Positions 22,302 through 35,300 of a DNA stretch of 64,000 nt are shown in pieces (the stretch's first letter is position 1; each line of letters opens with the position of its first letter). The translations under genes were made by a program, and so were the position numbers. The stretch comes from a virus. The DNA lies in the IMG/VR virus record IMGVR_UViG_3300045988_143823. One strand, given 5' to 3'. The notes below the pieces were generated by a model that saw only the letters and a program-made list of their open reading frames with translations, was not told the origin of the DNA and made no database searches.

Positions 22302-25300
22302 TTAAAATACTTTAATCCATACACGCCCATTAACTTTAACTTTTCCGGTCCCCCATTCTTCGTAATCAGGAACTGCTGAAATTGTACCAATCGCACAATA
22401 ACCTTTATTTTTATATTCTTCATCAGTCATAATAGAAACTGTTCCATTAGGACCAGAACATACTGGACGCCCAATATTCTTTTTAAATTCTTCATGAGAT
22501 TCATATGGATAAGCAAGAACACGTCCACTTACCGCTATTGGAGTTTTTGCCTATTCAGTTTCACCAATGGCAAAACCAAATGTATCAGATGTGATATTCG
22601 CGCCTGGCATCATGCGCTCAGTTGAAGTAATAAGAGTATCGTCACCCACTTCAATCACGCATTTACCTGATTCAATAGTATCTCCTTCACGGAATTCAGC
22701 ATAGTCATTCCATACTGCACCCCAAAGTTTATTTCCTCGTAAAACTCCAGTTCGAGTATTAATAGTCATTGTCATGCCAGCATTAGTTGAAGAACATCCA
22801 TCAACAAAACCAATACTCTACCAAGATTTAAAAATTAAATTGGCTTTTCCAGTAGTCCCTAAAATACTACCATCTGCATCTCCATTTCCAACATACATTC
22901 CATTATTTCCACCGGCTAATCTATGACAAATCATTGCTCCAGTATTAGTAGCAGTTGATGTAGTGGCGGGCAAAGAACAATTAATACTTCCATTCATAGT
23001 TCCGCCAGATAATTTTAAATAATTAGTATCAATCTATAAACCATTTATATCTCCCAAAGTTTTACTAGCACTATCAGCATTACCATGAAAATAAACATTA
23101 GTACCATCACTTTGAACTATCCACTATGTTTTAATACAATCCCATAATCCATATAACTATGCGCCACCATTATCGCGAGATAATTCGATATAACCAGTTG
23201 AGCCATTATTTACTCGGAACCCCTATCCAGCCTTATCAACAGCCAATTGACCAGTCATTGTATCTCCGGTTTTTTTGACATAATTAGAATCATGATTGTG
23301 TGAACTTGCTGCTGCTCCAATATCTGATAAAACTTGAGCTGCTGTGCGCTTATAAATCCAACCATAACCATCAATAGTAGCAAAATCTCCAGCTTTATTT
23401 CCAGCATTAGTAGTTTTTAACCACGTGCCTTCAATATAACCATTAATGCCAATACTAGAAGAACCTACTTTTAATCCAGTAGTATTAATTTGAGCAACTT
23501 CAGATACATTAGCATAAGCGCCATTATTTCCACCTGAATAGGTTTTAAATGAAATTTTATTTCCTTCATAATTTGTAGTTGTAGTAGCAGGTAAATAAAT
23601 TTCATTCACATTCATTTGATTGAAATGACCACGACTAGCTTTAAATGCGCAACCAATATTCTCCGCTGTATTTTCAATGTCTGGGCAATAATCAGGATGA
23701 GTAAATTTAGCTTCTCCTTGATTTTCAATACTACCATTTGTTTTTAATAATCCGGTCATTGTATCGCCAGATTTTTTTACATACAAACTATCATGGTTAT
23801 GATTTCCAGCTGCTACTCCTAATTCATTTAAAGTCCAACTTACATTAGAACTACCATCTACAGTTTTTTTAGCTGTTCCAATAGTAAATGTTCTTGGTGT
23901 TTTCCATTTATCAGCTGTGTCAGCATTACCTTTAAATTGAGTAGCTTTAACATTACCATTTACTTCTAATTTCTCTGTTGGCTAAGTAATTCCAATACCT
24001 ACATTACCAGAGCCATTTGCATTAGCATTTAATACTAATGGCTTAGTCTTATCACCATTTCCGTCGCCAACAGTAGAGACATATAAATCAACATAATCAG
24101 TACCATTAGGAACATTTACAGTGCTTGCGTTAAACTAAGCACTTCCACTATTAGTTTTTAAATCAAAACCTTTAGAGAAATGGGTTTTATCATTTAATGT
24201 TTTTTCTCCAGCAAACGTTTGAGTTCCAGTAGATACAACACCGGATTGACTAGCTGAAGCATCTCTTACTGTTTTTTTAGTTGCAGTAATTTTACCCTAA
24301 GTATCCTATGATACTGTATCAATAAATGAAATATCTTCATTAGACGCCGCAGGACTAGGTACTGCTGTTTGAATCTTTTTATATACCTTATCATGATTAT
24401 GATTGCCAAGCGCAACTGAAGTCGCTCCAGTACCAGTTGGTATAGTAAATTTTAATTCTCCAGCATTATTAACTGATTTAGCTGTATATGTTAATCCACT
24501 CCAACTACCAGAAGTATGATGGCTACTCTATTCCCAATTACCATTTTCAGCAAGGAATCTTTTAGTTGTATTAGTAGTATCAAATGTCGGGCCTTTAGTA
24601 ATTTTTCCGTCGGCATCTGAGTATACAATAGAATTAGTTTGTACTACACCAGCCTCATTTGTTAAATAACCATCACTACTGATATTGCCGTGAATATGAG
24701 GTTTTAATGCATATGAAGTAGAACTTCCTAAATCAACCCAATTTCCATCTATATCATATAAATATTCTTTTTTATCTCCAGTGCAAATAACAACATTACC
24801 AGCTACAGCTGTGACAGTAGTTCCATCAATAAGAGTTACTTGAGAACTGGTTGGCTTTGTAGCTACACGTCCAATATATACTAATGCACCAGAAATTTTT
24901 AAATCTGCCGCGTTAACATCGATTGTTCTAACCGCGGAGCCATCATAACTGCCTTTTGGAGTACCACCTACACTAATACTTAAGGCATGCTCAACTTTTC
25001 TTGCAATAGTAGCAGTCTTTGCATTACCATTAATATCTCTATCTAATGTTTGCCCAGTGACAATGGGTATTCCGTTTTTAAAATAAACTGGAGCGTTTTC
25101 GCTACCAGCATTGGTATTTAATTTATCAGCGCTTGTTGCAGGACCTCCCGCAGAAGAGGAACCTGCATAATCATGAGTATGGCCACTATTTGATTTACCG
25201 CTTAATAATGTATCAGTTTCTGTAATAGTATATACAGGTAATGGAATATCTTTATCTGTAGTCTAATTCGCAGTAAATGTTTCATTTACCTTGACTGGCA

Positions 25301-27485
25301 TTTTGCCAACCTTAATTGTTAATTTACCATTTCCAATAGTAGGAGCTGAAGGCAGAGCAATTGAAACCTCATCATTAATTGCTGTATTAACATGCCCCTA
25401 TTTATCAATAGTAATACGAGGAATATTAAGGGTTAATGTTTTGCCAAACTCACCAACTAATGATTTATTTGCATTACTTGTAGTAGTAATAGAAGAGACA
25501 TTATCTGCCATAGAAGGACCTTTATCGGCATGAGTGGCTTTATAGCTAACTGTATTTATGCCACCAGTTCCTTCTAATTTAATTAGCGCATCTTCTTTTG
25601 AATTAGAAGTATCAACATTGGCTGTAATCTAATGAGTGTGGCCAGTATCAGATTTACCATCTAATGCGGCTTGTAATTTATTAATATCAGCAATTTTATG
25701 TTTATGCCCTGTATCAGATTTACTATTTAATGTTTTTTGTAAATTTGTAATATCAGAAATTTCATGATTATGTAATTTAGCAGCCTTATCATCTAATGTT
25801 TTTTGTAAATTTGTAATATCAGAAATTTCATGATTATGTAATTTAGCAGCCTTATCATCTAATGTTTTTTGTAAATCTATAATATTAGAAATAGTATGAG
25901 TGTGACCAGTATTAGATTTATTATCTAATGCAGTTTGTAATCCATCAGTATCTGCAATTGTATGTTTATGATCAACATTTGATTTGTCGGCTAATTTTTC
26001 TGTTAATGTTTTCCAATTCCCAGAGCTATCTTTAAATTTAATATCAGATGTTAAATATAAATTTTGCCATGGATTTGATGTATTACCTAAATCTATTGAT
26101 ATATTTAAAGGCTCTTTAGAATTATTAATTGGTGATAATGATGCACCATTAAAATCTACTGCCTATTTATCATTAACTAGTTTAGTATGAGTATGATTTG
26201 CTACAGCTAAATCGTTAAATGATTTACCACTATCTTTAATAGTTCTACCTTTATTTCCGCTAAAAATAGCGATATGCCCATCAGTAGAACTTTCATCTGT
26301 ATTAATTACTGCTCCATCAATATTAGTTTGAACAATAGTCCAATCTCCTGCGCTATGAGTAGTTCCATCTTTAATACAAATAATTAAATCGCCAATTTCA
26401 CAAACTTCACCATTGCCAAGGTATTTACCATTATTACCACCTTTAATATCATAAACGCGATAAGTTTCACCCGCGTTATGTTTGGCTGGTAATTCATGAA
26501 TAGTAGCAGCTGCATCTCCACCGATAGTACCTTTAAATACCATAGCATCATTAGTGGCTAATAAATTATTTAATTTCTTATCAATATCTGATTTTATATA
26601 AAAATTATTTAATGACCAATCATGTACTGCGTCACCCCGTGCAGCAGCATATTGGTATAAATTGTTTCCATAATTTTCCCCGGCTTCACCAGCTTGTAAA
26701 ATTACATGTCGACTAGCTTTATAAGAATTATCACCATCATAGTTAATATATAAATTATCTTTTTCACAAGCCCCGTCATCTGTTGGCTCTGATATACCAT
26801 AAATACCACGAGTCACTAAACCCGCATTTTGAGCAGTTCCACCAAATACTGCCCCCTACTATAATGTAAGTTGATTAGAAATTATAGTATTTGTTTTATT
26901 AGTACCAAGGATATTAGCAGCATCGCCTTTAAAAATATGAGTACCACCTATTACAACATTTCCTTCAAATGATGCGCTACCATTCATATTTAAAAGAATA
27001 TTATTGTTTATATTAATACCCCAATTATTTACTAATGATTCTTCACCAGTATTTATAATTTTAATACCAGTGCCAGCTCCTTTATTATCAATAATTAGAG
27101 CCGAGCCTTCATCATTATTTTCAATTAAAACTTCATCTTTACTTCCTGTTTCAACATTAGGAATTACTAATGTCCCATCTTTATAACCAATACTACCATA
27201 TTTTAATTCAATTAAATTTTTAGTATTGTCAGCTACTTTGAATGCTAAAATAGGATAAGTTTCTGTATCTTCAATTTTAGTAGCCTTAATCCAATCAGTG
27301 CTTAAAGCACTAAGAGGAATACGATTATCTCCAATTACAGCTGGAGATGCATTAGTACCATCACCATCAATATCAATGTAAAATTTACCATCATCTGATG
27401 TAAAATATGCAAAACCTTCTTTTGCATATGGTACATTTGTCATTAAATTTTTTGACAAACCTTTACTTATTTTAAATAATGCCAT
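22302..27485 (-). CDS. giant tail-fibre/receptor-binding protein (about 1727 codons) with roughly 20-30 in-frame TAG codons
   Basis: RBS GAAGGGAG then ATG at 27485. ORFs 26859, 26163, 23223 and 22551 are all in one frame. Every fragment boundary checked in this gene is TAG. The protein carries repeated SGDTMTG tail-fibre motifs, an HxH 22-aa repeat array and a C-terminal domain paralogous to gene 28457..29326. It ends at a TAA at 22302. Confidence 0.6.
25600..25990 (-). repeat. tandem array of at least 6 copies of a 66-nt repeat encoding a 22-aa HxH unit (AKLHNHEISDITNLQKTLDDKA and variants)
   Basis: Two identical 66-nt copies at 25741 and 25807 plus diverged flanking copies, in-frame in the fibre gene; resembles phage tail-fibre His-x-His repeats. 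Confidence 0.7.
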
Positions 27486-27645
27486 TAATTTGTAAACTCC
27501 CTTCTCTGAAAAAAAGTTTATAAAAATATTTCTATTAATTTGTAAAAATTTGAATTATATTATTATTTTAATTAGGCCATTTATTTATAATATTAAAATT
27601 TAAATTTTTACAAATTAATAGAAAACGAGTGAAAGGAGATTAATT

Positions 27646-28416
27646 ATGGCAGAAAGAAAAGTTGTAGATTTAAATAATTTAAAAACTTTTTATATTAAAT
27701 TAAAAGATATTTTTGTTCCTAAATTAGAAGGAAAAAATTATCTCACTAGTTCTACTGGAGATGAAGGATATACTAAAGATGAAATAGATATTAAAATAAA
27801 TAATATATCACCATCTGGGCCATCTGATAATATTAATCTTAATTGGCAAAATTAGTTTGAAGATGTTGTTTATAATTCTACATCAGCAGATTTTGATAAT
27901 TATACCTATTATTATTTAGATAACGGGATATATAAAATTGTTACTTATGATTAGATTATGACTTGGGTAAACACTCCAAAAGATACGACATAGCCAGCTT
28001 CTGTTGATAATAATATTTTAGAAGATCAAAAATTTTATTTTAATAAAATTTTAAGCCATACTACTCCAGCTTATGGTATTGGAAATACTATTAGTACTTA
28101 TCTTACTGGAGCTGGGGCTCAACAAGTTACTAATATCGCGCAAAAGACTCATTATACTTCATATAATCGTGTAAATAATCAAATTGTTAATAAATCATAT
28201 CCAGCATATTTTTCTTATTATAAAAAAGACACAACAGGAAATTTTATTAAAATAACTTAGACGGAAGCTAAAACATTAGGTAATACTAATAAAATAGAGA
28301 TTTTTGTAAAAAATTTAACTCCAGAAAATATTGAAAACTTAATTAAATCATCTGATATTCAAACAATTATTGACAACCGAATTAAAACATTAGTTAAATC
28401 AGATTCATTAAAATAA
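27646..28416 (+). CDS. hypothetical protein (about 256 aa), 4 in-frame TAG codons, on the opposite strand within the fibre cluster
   Basis: RBS GAAAGGAGATTAATT then ATG; the frame continues through 4 TAGs to a TAA at 28414; followed by a terminator. Confidence 0.45.
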
Positions 28417-28420
28417 AATA

Positions 28421-28459
28421 AAAAGGCAGATAACATAATTTGTTATCTGCCTTTTTTTA
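28421..28459. terminator. bidirectional hairpin terminator (aaggcagataaca...tgttatctgcctt)
   Basis: 13-bp stem plus a T-run between convergent genes. Confidence 0.65.
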
Positions 28460-29326
28460 TTTTATTTTAATCCAAATTCGATTATTGATTTGAATTTTAT
28501 CAGTACCCCATTCTTTATACTCAGGAATTTCACTTACATAACCAATTATAGCATCAGGCCATTCTTTGATTTCTTCACGAGTCATTAATGATATAGTTCC
28601 ATTAGGTCCTGAGCAAACCGCCGCGCCAGCAGTAAATTTATATCTATCTTCATAAGGATAAGCTAATACTCGTCCACATACCGCAATAGGTGTTTGTGCT
28701 TTATTAGTTTCACCAATAGAAAAACCAAATGTATCTGAAATAATATTGCTACCCAGCTGTAAACGCTAAGTTGATAATTCTAAGTCTCCATACCCAGTTT
28801 CAACTACACACCGGCCAGGCTCTTTAATTAACGATTCACGATATTCAGCATAATCATTAAATACAGCACCACGAACTTTTTTAGCTACTAAAACTCCATT
28901 ATCACCGTTTTTTGTTTTACTACCATCGCCTAATACTAAATTCTATGATCGATCAAATCCTTTAATTAATACGCTCTATTTCAAAATATTATTTTCTTTA
29001 ATATTAAACATACCTGGAGTTAAATTATCATTTTGAGTTAAATTAGTTTCGGGGGAAAAACTTAATTCACCGGTAATAATATACTGCTTATTTAATACAT
29101 CATCATCAGTCGGATCTTCAATAATTAAGTAGGTTTTATTACCATCTGGAACAATTTTTACACTTCTTACATTCTAGATTTGTAATCGCGTACCATCTTT
29201 ATTCGGACGAAGACGAATGCCAGTTTTTTTACCTGCAACTGGATAAGCTTTTATATTAGCAAGCATTTTATTTAATGCTTCATTTTGTAAAATTATTGTA
29301 GACTCATAAGGTGAATTACTACTCAT
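28457..29326 (-). CDS. fibre-tip/receptor-binding-like protein (about 289 aa) paralogous to the C-terminus of the giant fibre; 4 in-frame TAG codons
   Basis: RBS AAAGGAGAA; shares GAVFNDYAEYRE, SDTFGFSIGET, VCSGPNGT and YPYE motifs with residues encoded at 22302-22800. Confidence 0.5.
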
Positions 29327-29404
29327 TTTTCGTGTTCTCCTTTCTCTCATAATTTTATATCTATTTATTATAGAAAATTATAATAAATCATTATTTATAT
29401 TTAC

Positions 29405-29445
29405 CCAAAAAAATAAAGGGAAGACTAATTTAAAGTCTTCCCTTT
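29405..29445. terminator. hairpin terminator (aaagggaagact...agtcttcccttt)
   Basis: 12-bp stem plus a T-run. Confidence 0.6.
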
Positions 29446-29514
29446 ATTTTTATTTTATTAAAAATTATCAATCCACTCTAAAGCAAATGTACCTTTCTAA
29501 TGTGCTTGTTCTAA

Positions 29515-30066
29515 ATCATGAATTGCCTAAATAAATGCTTTATCAAAAACAAATTCTTCCTGAGAAATATTATCTAAATCCCAATTTTGACCTTGCTCTA
29601 CAATTGCTTCAGCAACTAATGTATTTAATTCATACATTAAATGTCCTGCAGCATTAAGACTAAAGAATTTAATAGCAAATTTTACAGTACCAGCATATTT
29701 AGTGGCCGCATTCTGAATCACCCATGGCATAATAATTTTTTGATTTACATTATCAGTAGTAATATCCATATAAGGCACTACATAATAATAGGCTTCACCT
29801 TTTGCATTTTGAAATTGAATAATGCAACAAGTGTTAGATAAATCCATGCCATCAAAATATCGATCAAATGTAAAGTATAAAGTCTCAGCCGAATGGTCCT
29901 GAGAGACGATAATGAAGGACTTAGGCACTTTTATTTTACGTTCATTTAAATCGATAGGGATTAACTCTTCTTTAGGTGGAGTTGGAAGGAGAATGGCTTT
30001 GGAAGTTCGCATCTGTTTGTCGATAGACCAAAGCTTATTCTCATAATCTTGATAATTAGTAATCAT
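29515..30066 (-). CDS. hypothetical structural protein (183 aa), paralog of the N-terminal domain of gene 30096..32030; one in-frame TAG
   Basis: RBS AAAGGAGAATGAATAATC; MITNYQDY...QDHSAETLYFTFDRYFDGMDL parallels MITKYKDS...GDHLAETVFFSIDRYFDYMDL. Confidence 0.45.
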
Positions 30067-30095
30067 GATTATTCATTCTCCTTTCTCCTAATTTA

Positions 30096-32030
30096 TTACT
30101 TAATATTAATATAGAATGCATCACTATTTAGTGAATAGGCACTTCCATTATATTTATTAGTTACACGAATAAAATAATTACCTTCTTGATTACCAACCAT
30201 TGAAGAGGTAATTGTAGTATGTTTCCCACCTTCAATATCAGAAGAATTTAGTTCACAAACAAAAATGGGATTAGTGTCATCACTTTCTTCACCAGGTAAT
30301 TGGTATAGACTACAAATTACTTTATCACTATATACTTTTTCATTAATAGCGGTTAAAACATATTTAACATCAAATGATTTTTGAGTGTACTTATCTGTAA
30401 CTCCATCAGTAGATGCGTTTAGGTTAATCCAATATTGTCCACCTTGTTTACTTAAACCTAAAACAATACTATTCTCTTCAATTTTAGAAGCTAAAGGAGA
30501 AACGATATATTCTTTAGATTTAGTTTCGTCTAAAGTAGTTTGATTATTTAAAAATGTTTTAACTCCAACAATATATTTACCTTCTTCGCTAACAACAAAA
30601 CTATTATTTTCAGTAGAACGAATCCACTTTGAAGTATTAATAGGAGTTGTATTCCCATCTTTATACCAAGCATATTGAACTAAAGCCTTAGGTTCAACTC
30701 CTACAGCAGGAGCTTCATAAGCATCTGTATTATCATATCCAGAAGCAGTAGCAGTTAGAGTAACTTCATTGCCAGTTAAAAATGCCACAGAATCAGCTAC
30801 AGATAAATCAATATCATAACCTTCATCTTTTAAATCACTATTATTAGAAGTAATTGTAATTTCAGCAGGAGCATCGGGTTCAGGGCAAATTACCACTGGA
30901 GTATGCTCAAGAACACCTTGACCAATTTTCTTATTTTCTTTATCAAAAATAATTCCTTGAGCCTGAATATAATATTCACCGACACCACTTACTTCAATAG
31001 TGGCATAACGAGCATATAATTCACTCTTGTTTGGAATAGCAATCTCTAGATCATTCCAAGTTCTAACGTCTTCGCTAGAAGCAACCTTATAAACGCTGCC
31101 CTCTTTTATATAATAAGTGCCAGTAGGGTCTAAAGGAATACGTTTATCATTTTCATCTTTTTTAGAAACTAAAACATATTCATCTACTGGGTCATCTTCT
31201 CCAGCAGGAGTAGAATACTTAATGTCCGCCGCACCTGCTTGTGCGCGAGCATATAATTTTACAGGTACAGAAGATAATGTTTGAGAGTCGCCATTATCTA
31301 CCGCATTACCAGCTAAATTTATAGTCTATAAAGCTACTGTAGCGTCGGGGTCAGTGACCAAGCCATTGGTAAGCCATTTTAAATCATCAACTTTAGCTTC
31401 GCCTTCACCAAAACTGCTGTTTTGAAGCATATTTAGAATATCATCATTAACATTAATAACTGTAGGATTAATTAAAACTAATCCTTCTTTAATATTAATT
31501 GTTGAGATTAAAGTATTTAAACTATAGCTAATAACATTATCACGTTCAGCATAAAATTCAACTGCAAAACTTAAAGTACCACTTTTACCAGTTAAATCTT
31601 TTGCCACAGGCCAACCAAAAATAATTTTTCCAGGTTCAGCATCAACGCTCTTAGAGAAATTAACAGATTGACCAGAAACATCACCAATTTTCCAATTGAT
31701 ACGAATATTACAATTGTTTAAATCCATATAATCAAAATATCTATCAATACTAAAGAAAACAGTTTCAGCTAAATGATCTCCTTGAACTGATAAACCATTA
31801 GCAGTAAAATCAGAAGGAATTGTAATTTTGCGGCTATTAGCATCAATTTCAAACAAAGGCTCATCCAAAGGAAGTCTTAAAAACTTTTTATCTAACTCAC
31901 CAATTTCTTGTATATATCCGAAAAAGCTCTCAAGGTTATCAATTTGAATTTTACCATTACTAGCTTTGTCAATATCTTCATACAGTTTTTGATAAGCTAA
32001 TTTAACAGAGTCTTTATACTTTGTAATCAT
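30096..32030 (-). CDS. tail-associated structural protein (about 644 aa), one in-frame TAG at 31326
   Basis: RBS GAAAGGAAGG; ORFs 31326..32030 and 30096..30896 are one frame, with no TAA/TGA found across the gap on manual translation. Confidence 0.5.
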
Positions 32031-32059
32031 AGACTAGAAAACCTTCCTTTCTAAAATAA

Positions 32060-32096
32060 TTTTCCCTTATAGAGAGAAGAGAATTAATCTCTTCTC
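32060..32096. terminator. hairpin terminator (tagagagaagaga...tctcttctctcta)
   Basis: 13-bp stem plus a T-run. Confidence 0.55.
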
Positions 32097-32142
32097 TCTA
32101 TTTTTCAAAAAAGTTATATATTAGATAATTGGAACTACCCAA

Positions 32143-32358
32143 TTAAACTTCTTTCCACTAATCTAATTCGTCTTCTGGAATAACTACATTTTGAACAAAG
32201 TCTTTTCCATTTTTAGTAAGACGTTTATTATTATCAGCAAGTAATTGAAGTTTTCTAACATAATATATATCTTCAAGATGAATGGGAGAAAGAATCGTTC
32301 CATTAGTACCTAAATACTCATACATTACAATTTTAGTCATTTTCTTTTCTCCTTTCAT
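32143..32358 (-). CDS. small hypothetical protein, one in-frame TAG
   Basis: ATG overlaps the upstream gene's stop (ATGA); continues 4 codons past the TAG at 32158. Confidence 0.35.
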
Positions 32359-35300
32359 GAATTAATATAATTAATTTTATTAAATCCTGAGAATAGTGAA
32401 TTAGCAGCGTCTTGTTTCAAAGTAGTATACCAATCAATTGATTCTATAGTAATTGCAGACCAAGAGGCATAGTTAATAAAGGCTGGATCGCCAGATACGA
32501 TACGCAATTTAGATTTTTCTTCTGGTGTACCAATAATAATCTTTTTAATACCTAATGTTCTATCACTATTTAAATCACTATAGCTAGAGAAAGTAAAACC
32601 ACCATTATCAATCTTCTAAACATTAGAACCAATAGTTAAGGTATCATTATCTCCAGAGAATGTATTTTGGAATGCGCTTTGATTGATTACTGCAATTGTA
32701 CCACCAATACTTACATTAGAGAATTTTGGATATACTACACGAGATTGACAACCAGGCATTTTAAATGCATAGTCTCCAATCAATCTCAAACCTTCAGGGA
32801 ATTCTACCCACACTAAGTTCATTGAATGAGAGAAAGCGGCACCACAGAAAAATCTAATATTACATTTTTCAACATCATTTTCTTTATATTTTTCAAAGAA
32901 TACATGAGTTAAATTTTCACCATAGCAAACTGGAACATAAGTAACAGAATTTAAAGTAGAAGATTTTCCTGGGAATCCTGGATTACGAGGACTGTCAATA
33001 TCTGTATCATAAATATCTCCAGGTGAACCAAATGTTGCATCAACAGCAATAACTTTTTTAGATACTCCATTTACATCAAAGAAGGCAGGTACTGTAATTT
33101 TACCTTTAACTTTTTTAGTCAAGGCTAAAGTTACACCATCTGGGATATTCCATTTTGTTTCTCCCGCCCAGTCAATATAATAAGTATCTGCTGGAGTGAG
33201 GCCAGATGTCTATTCAGAAACTGCAAAATACTCAGGATGAATATCTTCATATACGTTAATAGGATTATTATCAAATACTGCATAAAATGTAGTATCTTCA
33301 GTAATCATATACTCTTCTAATTTAATAGCAGAGGAAGCAGTTGCAGAACGACTATATCCCAAGAATTTATAAGTTTGGTCTAATGGTAAATCACTATCAT
33401 CTTTCCAAGGAATAATAGTAGACATTACAGCGTAATTACCATGAGGAATTTTTTTCTCTTCAATTAATGTATTATCTTTATAATAATATTTAACACTCCA
33501 TTTGTGAATAGGACAAATAGCATAGAATGTATAAGTGTGAATATTATTATCAAGAGTTTGTTCACTCCATTTATTAATACTTTTATCAATATTAATAAGA
33601 ATATCAGCACTAGCAGAATTAGTTAATGCCCAACCATAAAAATCATGATTTGGTTTCTTCTCACTAACATCGCCAAATGCATCAATAGGATCAGCAAACC
33701 AAGTTTCGCCTTCTTTTAAAGTCATAGAACCAATTAATTGATAGCGACCATCATTACCTTTATCTTCATCCATAATTACAAATCTAGCAGTATATCCCTG
33801 TTCAACATTCGCACAGAAGATTGTTAAATCAGGATAAGCAGCTTGGATAGTATTACGTAATTCAGATTCTTTAATAACTTCTGTATTATTAATATAAATA
33901 ATACCAGAAATATCAGGAATATTTTTACCAGAATTTTTAATCCATTTCTTATCACTAATAAATTCTTTAAACATAGCTAAATCAGTAATTTGATTTATTT
34001 TATCTTCTGGGATTGTTTCATCCTTACGATAAATTTCACCATTTTCAACTTTAATAGTCCATGCATCAAAATTAGTATAAGTATAAGGTTCTAGTCCATA
34101 ATGTCCATTATCTATATAATAAGTAGTAGATGGATTACGTTCATCATCAACAGTCATCTAAACATATGGACACCAATTTACATTGGTCATAGAAATTTGA
34201 GAAGTATTGGTCTATTGACTACGAATAGCATAATATTGTTTTAATAATTTATAACTATCATAGCCTAAGCCACCACCAACAATATTTAGAGAAGCAATTA
34301 CTGTGTCTCCCTTATCTCCAGTTGAAGTTTTATCAAAGAAACCTTGGAGATATAGACCAGGATTGGCATGTAAATTACCTTCATCATCACGGGTAGGATT
34401 CTAGTATTCATCTTCAGTGATTATATTCTTTAACAAATTAGCTTCAACTAATTCAAGATTTGTAATACTAGTAGGTAAATATACAGTATTTAATGCAACG
34501 CCTTTAGCAAACTAAACGTTAATTAAATTAGAACCAGTAGCACGGAAATTCTCTAATTTTTCACAACTAGTTAAATCTAATATAGGAGAAGCAGCATTAA
34601 ACTGAATATTACTCATATTTACTTCTTTTAATAAAGGCATACCTTTACTATCAGAAGAACTAGCAGGAATACTGAATTGGTTAACATTATCATTATGCCA
34701 ACGCTCTCCATTTGTATCTAAACCATCATATCCTAATTTCAAACTAGTTAATTTAGTAGCATCACCAGAAATTTCAAACTCTTGCCAATATAGATTACTC
34801 ATATCGCCAAGGTCTTTCATTTGATTAATACCATAAACATATAGTAATTGTTCAGGATAATTTTCACTCTTACGGACACCATTTTCAATAGAGTCAATAT
34901 TAAATCTTAATGCATGAACACCATCATATTTACGAGAAGGATAGGCTTCATTATCATCACCAAGAGTAACATAAGAAGAATGGGCTGGAGTTAATGTCAT
35001 CCAATATTCAGCATCAAATAAATGATTTTTAGTTAAAGTGCTTTCATCCTTGAAATAAGGATCGCTAGCAGTTTCAATCCACTTATCTGAAGTCTTATTT
35101 TTATTATTCGCAGCAACACGACCACGGATGCGGTTCGCACCACCACGTTGATAGTTACCTTCATTTAACCAAGAATCAATATACTCTAAACGGTTAGATA
35201 GGAATTGTTGACGAGATAGACTTCTATTTCCTTGTAAAGCATAGAAATAAGTACCATTAGTATCAACAGTATATACGCCAGTCGTATCACTACTAATATG

